From the NCBI GenBank assembly GCA_000004985.1, contig GG738845.1: a DNA stretch of 64,000 nt. One strand, 5' to 3'. Below, piece after piece: positions 42,473 through 52,191 of this stretch; the first letter of the stretch is position 1; every line of letters begins with the position of its first letter. A program made the position numbers and the translations under genes. Below the pieces are notes generated by a model. It was not told the DNA's origin and ran no database searches. It was given only the letters and a program-made list of their open reading frames with translations. The DNA comes from Naegleria gruberi (taxonomy: Eukaryota).

Positions 42473-44209
42473 TTACCAACAGAATTTACACTTGTACGAA
42501 ATAAACTCAGCTCCATGCACTTCACAGACACCTTCTTGTCTAACCTTTTTAGCACAACAGGAACCACAAACAAGCTCCTCTGGATTGAAATTATCATCCT
42601 CATTCTGTTCTCCACATTGAATCTTTCCTCCGTAGTATGGACTTTTGCATTCATGGCACATGTAGAATGAAAAAGAGTTCATTGCATACTCTAAAGGTTT
42701 GTTATAATATTTTCCAGATGGAGACGTAATTTCCTCAATCTTTAAAAGACCCTCTTGCTCTAGTTTGACCAGTGATTTTTTTTCTATTATCGATTTGAGT
42801 GCTCTTACTTGGGTTGTTTCATCTTTTAGAGCTGGATGATGGATAGAAGTGTTGCATAGAGGACATTTCTCAAATGAAAAGCTCACTCTTGCCCCATGCC
42901 ATTTCTTTTCCAGCTTTTTCTTTATGCATTCAAAATGGAAAATATGTCCACAATTAAGCTGTATGCAAGGAGCATGATTCAAGGAGCTAATCCAACAAAT
43001 ATTGCAATAGTCATCACCACTTTGGCAAGTATCTCTTGAAGAGCAATTCAAACAGGGAAGGTGCTCAAATTCATCCTTAATTCCACAACAATGATGACCA
43101 CATGTATGCTTGTGATTGCAAGAATTCAGAGCTTTTTGCTTGCATTCTTCATTCTCACAAATATCACCATTGCAATTAATATCAATAGATGAATCACAAT
43201 ATCTACACCTTTTCGAAGAAAGGTATTCTAAAAATGTGTCACAAGTAAATCCTTCGTGATATGGAGATTTTAAGCATTTTGAGCAAAATTCTAAGGAGCA
43301 AACTCTACATCTAAATCTGAACTCTTCTTTGTGAATGTCATCTTCTTTGATTGGCCTTTTTTGAGATTCAAGTTCAGAAATGATTTCCTCTCTCTTCATG
43401 TGGATTCTTTCAACAATATTTTTACATGAAGAGTTTGGACAAGTAATAAAAGTGTTTCCGGTGTCAGCATTCTTCAATGCTCTCCTCAATTCCATATCTA
43501 ATAACTTTGAGTATTCTTTTTCAGAAAGAACCGAGGAAATTAATTGAGACGGTACTGTCTGACAGCATCCATTTGCTGGGCAAAGGATCGACAATTCATC
43601 AAAGTCCAAAGAGTCATCAGTTTCGTCCCCAAAGGAAAGAAAATACTTTCTCAAACATTCTTCACAAAATACATGAACACAACTCTCCATAAAGAATGAC
43701 ATGTCTATGGTCAAGTATTTACCACAACAATCACATTTCATTTTCTCCTCGTTTTCCAATTGTTTTTTATGCTCCTTAAGCTCTACCAAGTATATTTGCC
43801 TAGCCATCTGTTCATCCTTTCTTTGCTGATCCGGTGATGTAGTGCTAAATAAAAAAGCATCATAATAGGAAGTAAAATCTTTAGGCGAGTAAAGTTTTGG
43901 TTTTTTCTTACTTTGAGGAGTTAAGCAAGAAACCCCAGTAGACCTCAACATGTTCCTTAAATTAAGGCATTCATCAATATGTTGTTCAATATTTCTTGAA
44001 GAAAATTCTTTTTCACACACAGGGCAAGTAACCAGGGAATTTCTGGGTGTATTTAATTCCTCTCTGTTAGGAGTTGAGGGAGGAGAAAAAGAATAAAAAC
44101 ACTCTCCATCTGTGAAGCAGGTTGTGCTGGAGGTGTCATCCACATTATCATTAAGCATTTTTTTTGAAACCTTGTCCCTTAAAGGACATATTTGGCGGGC
44201 AATAATCAT
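42473..44209 (-). CDS. RBR-type (RING1-IBR-RING2) E3 ubiquitin ligase with extra C-terminal RING-H2/zinc-finger modules
   Basis: ORF 42473..44257; first ATG by frame arithmetic at 44209 (MIIARQ). UBZ-like CPVCEKEFSSRNIEQHIDEC. RING1 CDCCGKYLT..CVHVFCEECL, IBR ITCPNSSCKN, RING2 FRCRVCSLEFCSKC..HEGFTC. Then CGHIFHFECIKKKL...CPLC and further C4 modules. Confidence 0.6.
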   Translation of the reverse strand: MIIARQICPLRDKVSKKMLNDNVDDTSSTTCFTDGECFYSFSPPSTPNREELNTPRNSLVTCPVCEKEFSSRNIEQHIDECLNLRNMLRSTGVSCLTPQSKKKPKLYSPKDFTSYYDAFLFSTTSPDQQRKDEQMARQIYLVELKEHKKQLENEEKMKCDCCGKYLTIDMSFFMESCVHVFCEECLRKYFLSFGDETDDSLDFDELSILCPANGCCQTVPSQLISSVLSEKEYSKLLDMELRRALKNADTGNTFITCPNSSCKNIVERIHMKREEIISELESQKRPIKEDDIHKEEFRFRCRVCSLEFCSKCLKSPYHEGFTCDTFLEYLSSKRCRYCDSSIDINCNGDICENEECKQKALNSCNHKHTCGHHCCGIKDEFEHLPCLNCSSRDTCQSGDDYCNICWISSLNHAPCIQLNCGHIFHFECIKKKLEKKWHGARVSFSFEKCPLCNTSIHHPALKDETTQVRALKSIIEKKSLVKLEQEGLLKIEEITSPSGKYYNKPLEYAMNSFSFYMCHECKSPYYGGKIQCGEQNEDDNFNPEELVCGSCCAKKVRQEGVCEVHGAEFISYKCKFCW

Positions 44210-44245
44210 CAAAAATAATTTTATTTTCCAATCAATCAAAAAAAA
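44210..44245. promoter_or_regulatory. 36-bp divergent spacer between the RBR E3 gene (-) and the mitochondrial carrier gene (+)
   Basis: First in-frame ATGs at 44209 (minus) and 44246 (plus). A-rich spacer (...caatcaatcaaaaaaaa). Confidence 0.35.
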
Positions 44246-45190
44246 ATGAACAAACAAGCAGACAAAGAATTACAGCCAAATAACCTACCTGATGATTCGG
44301 AGAGTAAAAGAGAGCCAAAAACCCGAGACACCATGATTGCGGGTGCACTGGCTAGATGTGGTGCTGCCACAATAATGTATCCAATAGATGTTTGTAAAAC
44401 TAGAATGCAATTTCAGAGACGTTCCGCTCACTTTCATACAGTATACAGAAACAGTTTCCATTGTTTGTCTAGTATGATGAAAACAGAAAGATTTGGAATA
44501 TATAGAGGATTATCACTGCGATTGTTTTATATTGGTCCAGGTGCTGCAATTACATTTACAGCTTATGAAGGATATAAAAAACATGCAGAAAAAGCCAAAC
44601 AAAAAGGGGAAAGTATTCTTACATCTGGAGCCTTATATTCTCTAATTATTGGTGGATTGGGAAGAGCAGTCGAGTCAGGAATTAAAACTCCTTTCAACAT
44701 TATAAAACAACAATTGCAAGTTGAGGGACAATTGACAACCCAGTTCAACCGAGGATTGGTAAAATCAGTGAAACATATTATGGAAACAAAAGGAGTTGGT
44801 GGATTATTTGTTGGATATTCTGTTACACTTTGTAGAGATTTACCCTTCTCATTTCTATATTTTGCAAGTTATGAATTTATCAAAAACAAATCAGAAAATT
44901 ATTCCATTCCACTTCTCAAAGACTATGCTGCTGTTAGAGGTGCTATTGCTGGAAGTTTTGCATCTGTTTGTACTTTACCTTTTGATGTGATCAAAACAAG
45001 GATACAAACACAACACAAAATTTCATCCGATGCACACTATTCAGGTTATAAGGATGCTGTCTCTAAAATATTTAAACAAGAGGGTTTTGCTGGATTTTTT
45101 AGAGGTATAACTCCACGATTAATTTATACAATCCCGTCCACTAGTATTACATTCCATCTCTATGAAGTATTAAAAAATTATTTAAAATAA
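44246..45190 (+). CDS. Mitochondrial carrier family (SLC25) protein
   Basis: 314-aa ORF with three carrier signature motifs PIDVCKTRMQ, PFNIIKQQLQ, PFDVIKTRIQ and six TM helices. Substrate not assignable. Confidence 0.8.
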   Translation: MNKQADKELQPNNLPDDSESKREPKTRDTMIAGALARCGAATIMYPIDVCKTRMQFQRRSAHFHTVYRNSFHCLSSMMKTERFGIYRGLSLRLFYIGPGAAITFTAYEGYKKHAEKAKQKGESILTSGALYSLIIGGLGRAVESGIKTPFNIIKQQLQVEGQLTTQFNRGLVKSVKHIMETKGVGGLFVGYSVTLCRDLPFSFLYFASYEFIKNKSENYSIPLLKDYAAVRGAIAGSFASVCTLPFDVIKTRIQTQHKISSDAHYSGYKDAVSKIFKQEGFAGFFRGITPRLIYTIPSTSITFHLYEVLKNYLK

Positions 45191-45622
45191 TTAACTACGG
45201 GTAGAGGATTGTACCAATCTCTTATACCTTTCACTTTGTTGTTCCGATAAGAATTTAGTTCTCCTATAAAATAACACCCCAATAACTATGATTAAAACAA
45301 ATATTGTACATTCAAAAATAATTAAATTTTGAACAGTAAAAGGAGTGTATATGATATCTGGCCTACAGCTTTCTTTTCTTTTGGTTTTTTCTTTTGGATC
45401 ATCTTTTTTGGTACACATGATCAAGTGGTAGTATTTGGTTGCATCACAATACTGATGCTTTAAATCATCCATTGTACAAGGAATACATTCCGATATTGTT
45501 TCACAAATAAATTGATGTCTAGGTATGGAGTGTGTTGATGAAGTTTCAGGTTGGGGATTTGCTAAAAGGAAAGGACAACAAATAAAAAGGATGGTAAGTG
45601 AGAGGAAAAAGTTTTTGATCAT
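45191..45622 (-). CDS. JTB-like small type-I membrane protein
   Basis: 143 aa. Signal peptide MIKNFFLSLTILFICCPFLLA. Cys-rich ectodomain with CETISECIPC (human JTB VVAEECSPC) plus further Cys. Single TM IIFECTIFVLIIVIGVLFY and a short basic tail. Its stop codon abuts the stop of the carrier gene (45188-45193 = taatta). Confidence 0.4.
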   Translation of the reverse strand: MIKNFFLSLTILFICCPFLLANPQPETSSTHSIPRHQFICETISECIPCTMDDLKHQYCDATKYYHLIMCTKKDDPKEKTKRKESCRPDIIYTPFTVQNLIIFECTIFVLIIVIGVLFYRRTKFLSEQQSERYKRLVQSSTRS

Positions 45623-45710
45623 TTTTTTTGTTCTATTAAATTTAAATCATCATAGTTGGCGCCCTTTATGTACATTATAAAAATTGTTGGCGCTCAAAAA
45701 ATCAAAAAAA

Positions 45711-47731
45711 ATGACTGACAATATGAGGTTCTCCTCGCTTACCTCACAATTTGTGCAGAAGCATTTGGAGGCTGAAACGTTATTTAAAGAAAGACTGAAA
45801 GAGTGCGATGATCGGATTCGAAAATTTGAAGCCACAATACAAGAATTAAAAGGGGAACTTGAAAAAAAGGAGAAAAATTATGAACAACTAAGAAACGATT
45901 GCGAGTATAATTATTTATTGGTTAAGGAGAGAGACCACGAATTGGCTACTGTTGAGAATGAGGCTTTAAAATTGAACGAACATAATTCAAGACTGTAAGT
46001 AAATAGATACACCTTTGTTTATGTTGTCACAGTAAACAAGAGCTAGAATCGTTACAAAAGGAAAAACTTGTGTTAGAAACAGAAAAAAAGAAGGAGAGTG
46101 CAAGAAATAATGAAATAGAGGTCTATTACCAGGAAAAGATGCAAGAGCTAAGAAATGATCAAGACCTTATAAAAAAAGAGTTAGAAGAGAAAAACCAAAT
46201 GATAATTAAAGAATTCGAAGTTACATTGAGAGATCAGCAAAGGCAATATGAATCAAAGTATGAATTATTGGAAAAGCAAAGAATTTCCCTAGAAAATGAT
46301 TTCAAAAACTCCTTGAATGAAAAAGATGATCAAATTAGAAAATTATTGCAACAGATAAGGGAAAAAGAACTCATAGCAAACAAATATATTTCTGAAAATG
46401 ATTCTATCAAGAGGAATTATTCATCAAAGATAAAATTACTGGAGGAGGAGAAACAATCCTTGGATCAAACCATCAATGAATTGATATTAAATCATAAGAA
46501 TCAGTTACAAGAGTTACAAAGAGAGTCATCCAAACAGCAGCAGCAATTGGTGGCATCTTATGAGCCTACTCTGCAAAGATTGAAACAAGATATTGAAGAA
46601 TCTCAAAATGTAATTAAAACGCAGAAAGAGAATATTAAACTTTATCAAAGACAATCAGACGACAATGAAAAACAGAGATTATTTGACATTAACTCACTAA
46701 GAAATGAGTATGAGGAAAAAATTAGAAAAAGAGAAAAAGACTACGAACAGTTGAAAGAAAAAGAATGGGAACTAACTCAAAAACTAGAGAGCAAGGAAAA
46801 TATTATCACTACTTTAAAAAAGAACTGCGAAGAAAATGCTAAAGATATGGAAAAACTTCAAGAGGATATTAAACAGGCCTTCGAAAGAGAAAATACTACA
46901 AAGAGAGAAGTGTTAAGATTAAATCTACAAATAGAACACGAAAAGGAAGCTAAAGTGAAAGAGATTTCAGATAAGCAAGATCAAATTCTACAAATATTCA
47001 GGAAGGAATTAGACGAAGCCAACGTGATAGTTGAAGACAAGGAAAGACAAATTGATGAATTAAGAAAAGAAATAATGATGCTAAATACTGAACTCTCCAT
47101 AGCCAACACTCTAAAATCAACCCCATACAACAAGCTTAAACCACAACAAAAATCGAATCAAAAATACCAACAAATGTTATCACAGGTGGAAGATGAGCTC
47201 GGTTTGGGTTCAATAGATTCTGTATCTTCCCCTTCTTCAATTGATGGCTTATCTGTAATTAATAAGGACGATTATAAGAATTCAATAGAAAATCATAATT
47301 ATTTGGAAAATAGCATGACATCTCCAATTGACAAACTCAAACTTAGCAGTGTGCACATTGATCAAATCACTAAAATGAACTCTCTAATGACAGAATTAAG
47401 ACTTGATCTGGAAAGTCAAAAAGAAAAGGTATTCAGAGCTGAAGAGAAACTGATCGATATGGCTACAGAAAATAAGATTCTGAGATCCAAGCTAAAGGAG
47501 GCTGTGAAAGATTTAAAACGAGTGTACAAAGAGAAAGAACAACTCACAGATATTAGTAACATGTTAAAATCTGAGCTGACAAAAACAAAAGAAGCCCTCT
47601 TTTATGCAAGAGAAGCAGCTGTATTAGTTAGTGTTGAAAAACCTGCCTCTCCCAAACCATCAAATGATAATCTAGGTGTAAATGGTAAATCAAAAACTAT
47701 CTCACAAAGAAAAAAGAAGCTAGGATATTAA
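45711..47731 (+). CDS. Long coiled-coil protein (~660 aa), 2 exons
   Basis: Exons 45711..45994 and 46033..47731; 38-nt intron (GTAAGTaaatagatacacctttgtttatgttgtcacAG). Joins ORF 45684..45998 (ATG at 45711) to ORF 46070..47731. Heptad-rich E/K/Q composition throughout. Function unknown. Confidence 0.5.
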
Positions 47732-47767
47732 ATGAAATACACTAAATATAAAGAACGAATTTAGTCT

Positions 47768-49675
47768 TTATTTATTATTCTTTTTTGCTAAGGCAAGTTG
47801 ACGACAATATTCAAAACGTTCCTTACAATCTTTTGCTGACTTTCCTGGAACAATCTCAGAAATTTTTTCCCATTTAGAATCACCCTTGAGTTCCTTGAAT
47901 TGTCTAATACCAGTCTCTAGAGCTTTTTGTTGAAGTGCTGTCCAATTTTCAGTTCCACTCGAGCTAGAATCAACATTATTTGTTTGATTATTGATATTAT
48001 ATTGTTCGTCCATTTTTTTTTCCTCTTCTCTTTTTTTGGCTGTTTGATTCTTTGAATTTGTCTTTTGAAAATCTCCAAAATAGTCTTTTTCTTCTCTCTT
48101 TGGTAGAACGTCTTGAATAGATGTCATTTTACGAATTTCTCCTGTTTTTTGTTGAACTTCTTCTGGTGTCTTGGTTTTAACATACTCAGCTACTTTGATC
48201 CATCTTTGTGGAGTGCCACCAGGAAACATTGATATAGCCTTTGCTAAAAGACTCAATTCCTCATGATTCCACTCTGAAGTCTTTTGTTTTTCATTCTTTT
48301 TTTGTTCTTGGGTTTGTTGTTTCTTGTCTTCTTCTTTTTTCTTGACAATTTCTCTCACCTTTGTCTCTAAATCATAAAAAGCAGTCACAAACTTTGAATC
48401 ATCTTTTGTTTTTTGAGCCTCTACAAATGTTGGTTCTAACTTTTGTACCATTTTTACCAAATTCTCAATGGGTAAATGGGTCAATACAAATTCAACATCC
48501 TCTGGTCTAATATTCGTCATTTTGTCTTGTTTTTTAACTGGCTTCATCAAAAGTAACAAATAAGGATCACACATTTCTCTCATTCTCTTGATAGTTTGAG
48601 TTTTTTCCTGTTGTTTTCTTTCATTTTCCTCTTTTTCTTTTTGCTTTTTCTCTCTTTCTTCTTGCTCAACTTTTTTAATTCTTTCCTCTTCTTCCTTTCG
48701 TTCCTTTTCTTCTCTTAATATTCTTTCCAACTCACGCTTGTTCTTTTCTTCCTCCTTTCTCTTACGCTCTTGTTCTATTTCTTCATTCTTTTTCTTTACT
48801 CTAGGATCATTTTTACGAGCAAGTTCAACCAAATCTGTGAGCTTTTTCTTCTCTTCCTTTTTTCTTTTTTGATTAATTTTGTCGTTTTGACGTTTCATCC
48901 AACGACGTTCCTCTCTAGAATCAGCAGTTGATTCGTCATATTCACTTTCGCCACTGAAGTCACGCCAACTTTTAAAGGTTGACCAAAAAACATAAAATCT
49001 TTCCAATTCCTCAAAAGAAGTTTTCATATCACCTAACTTTGGAACATTTGGGAAAGAACGTGACCATTTAGACCATCTCTCAAAAACTGGAGCAAAGGTG
49101 GAGAAGAATCTCTTTTGTTCCTCTTCTTCAGTAAGAGGAGTTGAAGGAGCAGAGTAAGTTGGAATTGAATCATCAAAAGGTTCACTTGAATCATAACATA
49201 ATTTCTTTCTCTCATCTAATAACGTTTCATATGCACGAGTTAAAGCTTTAAACATGGTATCATCTCCACTAGTTGTTTCACCATTTTCTCCTGTTTTTTT
49301 GAAATGGTCAGGGTGATACTCTTTTACTTTCTTCTTGTAGGCTTTACGAATATCATCAGGAGTTGAAAGCCAACGTTTTTCCAATCCTAATATTTCATAA
49401 TAGTCATAATCTTCCTCTTCTTTTTCGTATCCTTCACTATTCTTTATCATTCTCTTCTTTTTCATTAATTTTTGAACATCTACACCAGCATTAATTTCGT
49501 CATCATCAGAATCATCAGAGTCAGCCGATGAGGATTGTGATGTTTTTTTACTATATTTGTTATTAACATCATGAGTTTGTTGAAATAACATTTGGAAGAA
49601 TCCACGGCCAATATATTGTTCAACTTTACTCAGATCCAACTCATTATTGACAGCGTCTTTTGTTGATGCACTCAT
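47768..49675 (-). CDS. DNAJC2: Zuotin / DnaJC2 (ZRF1)-type ribosome-associated J-protein with SANT domains
   Basis: ORF 47768..49831; likely ATG at 49675 (MSASTKD). J domain DYYEILGLEKRWLSTPDDIRKAYKKKVKEYHPDHF. Charged E/K/R zuotin-homology region. Two C-terminal SANT/Myb-like domains (WNHEELSLLAKAISMFPGG..RWIKVAEYV; WTALQQKALETGIRQF....WEKISEIVPGKSAKDCKERF). Confidence 0.8.
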   Translation of the reverse strand: MSASTKDAVNNELDLSKVEQYIGRGFFQMLFQQTHDVNNKYSKKTSQSSSADSDDSDDDEINAGVDVQKLMKKKRMIKNSEGYEKEEEDYDYYEILGLEKRWLSTPDDIRKAYKKKVKEYHPDHFKKTGENGETTSGDDTMFKALTRAYETLLDERKKLCYDSSEPFDDSIPTYSAPSTPLTEEEEQKRFFSTFAPVFERWSKWSRSFPNVPKLGDMKTSFEELERFYVFWSTFKSWRDFSGESEYDESTADSREERRWMKRQNDKINQKRKKEEKKKLTDLVELARKNDPRVKKKNEEIEQERKRKEEEKNKRELERILREEKERKEEEERIKKVEQEEREKKQKEKEENERKQQEKTQTIKRMREMCDPYLLLLMKPVKKQDKMTNIRPEDVEFVLTHLPIENLVKMVQKLEPTFVEAQKTKDDSKFVTAFYDLETKVREIVKKKEEDKKQQTQEQKKNEKQKTSEWNHEELSLLAKAISMFPGGTPQRWIKVAEYVKTKTPEEVQQKTGEIRKMTSIQDVLPKREEKDYFGDFQKTNSKNQTAKKREEEKKMDEQYNINNQTNNVDSSSSGTENWTALQQKALETGIRQFKELKGDSKWEKISEIVPGKSAKDCKERFEYCRQLALAKKNNK

Positions 49676-49698
49676 ATTTTTTTTCAACTTCAAAAATA
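49676..49698. promoter_or_regulatory. 23-bp divergent spacer between zuotin (-) and DHHC palmitoyltransferase (+) start codons
   Basis: ATG at 49675 (minus) and ATG at 49699 (plus), by frame arithmetic from the ORF track. Spacer is atttttttttcaacttcaaaaat. Confidence 0.4.
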
Positions 49699-51033
49699 AT
49701 GCCCAGCTTCTTCGCCGACATCTATGCAAGAAGGCAGGAAGGATCTCTTGCTTCCACAACCACACACAACAAGGAAAACAATATTTTACTAATAGATGAT
49801 GAAGAACAATATGATGATACTTCTGTTGCAAATCCCATCAATGATAATAATTTATTCACTACAAACAAGTACCATCAGGTTCAGAGAGCTCCTCAAATTT
49901 TAAATAACAGGAAGTGGTATACATGGATATTTCCAATAATTGCTTTTATTTTAATTATTTGGGTTGTTTTAGGTTATGTATTTGGATTTCTTTTACCTAT
50001 TATTATTTCTTCTTCGGAAACAGTATTCGTCAGAGTACTTCATAGTTTCTACTTTATTTTATTTTCGTTTATGTCTGTGTGTATTATTTATCCATTCATC
50101 AAGTGTATATTTACAAATCCTGGATTTGTATTTAAAGATGATAAAGTATGGCGACTTTCAAAGGATCAAATCAAACATTACAAAAAACGAGGACCTGGAT
50201 TTATTGCTGATTTGGAAAAGGAAATCAAACAAATTATGAGCTACAGAAATGAAATCAGAGATTTAATAAATGGATCACAGGAGGTTGAAGTGGACGAAAA
50301 TAGTCAGGAAATCCATCAAGAGGATTTATCATTCAATGATTCTTTAACGTCAGAATTGAACTCAAGAGGTCAAGGTATGTTATTATTTCTATCATAACTT
50401 CAACCTTAATCGATCATTTAGTTAGAATTTGCGAGAAATGTTGGATTAGAAAACCAGATCGTAGGTGAGTTGTTTAGTAGTACTTAATTATTGATTGTCA
50501 ATAGTCATCATTGCAGACAATTGAATTGTTGTGTTTTGAGAATGGACCACTTCTGTCCATGGTTCAATAACTGTATAGGATATTACAACCACAAATATTT
50601 CTTTACATTTCTTTCATGGATAGCCATTACAGGGTTTTTCATTGTTGCAACAATGTCTAAAGTCATGTTCAAGACACTTCAACAACATGGATCCCAAAGT
50701 ACATTTAATTTCTTTACTTTCAATAATCTATGGGTCTATATTTTGAGCTTTTGCTTTGGTTTCTCAATGTTTTTCTTTGCTGGCTATCATTTTAAACTTA
50801 TAATTTGCAATACCACTACCATTGAATCTTTAGATAAGGAGAGAAGATTATATGAACAACATCACTGTGAGGCTCCCTATGATATTGGTGTATTGAGAAA
50901 TATTAAATCAATACTGGGAGATAATCCAATTTTATGGCTTTCCCCTTTCCACATTGATTATGAGGGAGATGGATGCCATTATCCATTGAAATCATCCAAC
51001 AACTATGAGGTTGTTGCTTCAGTTGATAATTAA
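49699..51033 (+). CDS. DHHC-CRD protein S-acyltransferase (3 exons, 43-nt middle exon; catalytic motif reads DHFC)
   Basis: Exons 49699..50374, 50422..50464, 50505..51033; introns 47 nt (GTATGT) and 40 nt (GTGAGT). Splicing restores the canonical CRD: ..VRICEKCWIRKPDRSHHCRQLNCCVLRMDHFCPWFNNCIGYYNHKYF (C-x2-C-x3-KP-x-R-S-HHC ... DH[H>F]CPW..NC.G..N..YF). Two TM helices before and two after. Confidence 0.7.
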
Positions 51034-51127
51034 TATTTTCTAAAATTCATAAGAATAAACTCTAAAACCACAATAGTAGAAAAAATTTGGAGAGAATGAA
51101 AAGACGAGAGTTCATACTTCTGTAATC

Positions 51128-51218
51128 AAAACAATGATGATACGATTCTAACTGCGTTATCTTTCCGATAGTAATATGAGGACGCAAAACATCGATTTGC
51201 ACGTCAGACTGATAATGG
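51128..51218 (+). ncRNA. Candidate box C/D snoRNA in intergenic region
   Basis: In the 270-bp DHHC-bL28m spacer, a locally GC-richer segment carries a C box aATGATGA (51134-51140) and, about 70 nt downstream, a D box CTGA (51209-51212) near its 3' end (...gcacgtcagaCTGAtaatgg). No clear terminal stem or D'/C' boxes. Strand and exact ends uncertain. Confidence 0.25.
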
Positions 51219-51303
51219 TCAAATACTTGTGTTAATAATGCTGTGTTTTATTATTTAAAATGATAATAATTTTAGAGAATAAAATATTTAAATAAAGAAA
51301 AAA

Positions 51304-52104
51304 ATGGTTGAAGCCACTCCTATTATCAAAGTCAAAAACGCTTTAAAATTTTCAAAAATCCCAACAAGGCCAAAGAGATTCGACAAAGGTCTCTACCACG
51401 ACACATTAATTCAAACTGGTAACCAAAGAAGTTTTTCGGAAAGAAAAACTAAGAGAAAATGGATGCCAAACTCTCACTGGGTTAAACTTTATAGTGAAGC
51501 TTTGGATACTAGAGTTCAATTGAGAGCCACATCCAAGGCTTTGCGTTGTATTGACAAGTCAGGTGGTCTTGATAATTATTTAATTGAAACTAGACCAGAG
51601 CTTGTTGGATCAAGATATGGCATTTGGTTAAAGAGAAAGATTTTAGCACAACAAGTTGAAAATAAGAAGGAAAAGGAATTGAATGAACGTTTGGAATCAA
51701 CAGCACAAAGCTTGGCTACATTTTTGAAGGAAAATCCTTCCGAATATGAGCAAGTTATTAATTTTGAAAGACAGCAATCTAACGGAGAACAATTGCTTCA
51801 ATACTTTAACTCACTCTCTCAAGACCAACAAAATCATTTGTTAAAACTTCAAGAAACTGAAATTCAAAATTTGAAACAAGGTTTAAAGAAGAAGAACTTC
51901 TTAGCAACTCTCGAAAGAAAGAAGCCAAAACAAGTAAAGAAGGAAGAAAGAGAATTGAAGAAGAATACCTACGTTTACGATATCCACTTGAGTGAAGCAA
52001 AGAGACGAGCTCTCACTTCAAGAAGACAAAAGAATATTCAAGAATACGAAAAATTACAAAAGATGGGCAAGGCTCAAGATGCTGCTGTGCAAGAAAATAT
52101 ATAA
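51304..52104 (+). CDS. Mitochondrial ribosomal protein bL28m (yeast MRPL24 / human MRPL28 family)
   Basis: 266-aa ORF. KGLYHDTLIQTGNQRSFSERKTKRKWMPNSHWVKLYSEALDTRVQLRATSKALRCIDKSGGLDNYLIETRPELVGSRYGIWLKRKI aligns with yeast MRPL24 ([70 protein letters not shown]...GWKLRYRVLKRK). Confidence 0.7.
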   Translation: MVEATPIIKVKNALKFSKIPTRPKRFDKGLYHDTLIQTGNQRSFSERKTKRKWMPNSHWVKLYSEALDTRVQLRATSKALRCIDKSGGLDNYLIETRPELVGSRYGIWLKRKILAQQVENKKEKELNERLESTAQSLATFLKENPSEYEQVINFERQQSNGEQLLQYFNSLSQDQQNHLLKLQETEIQNLKQGLKKKNFLATLERKKPKQVKKEERELKKNTYVYDIHLSEAKRRALTSRRQKNIQEYEKLQKMGKAQDAAVQENI

Positions 52105-52191
52105 ATTTAATATTAAATTTAAAGGTTACTAAGAATTATTAATTTAGTCTCGGAATGAGAGGGCTCAACTGTTTTATGCAATTTAAAAAAA

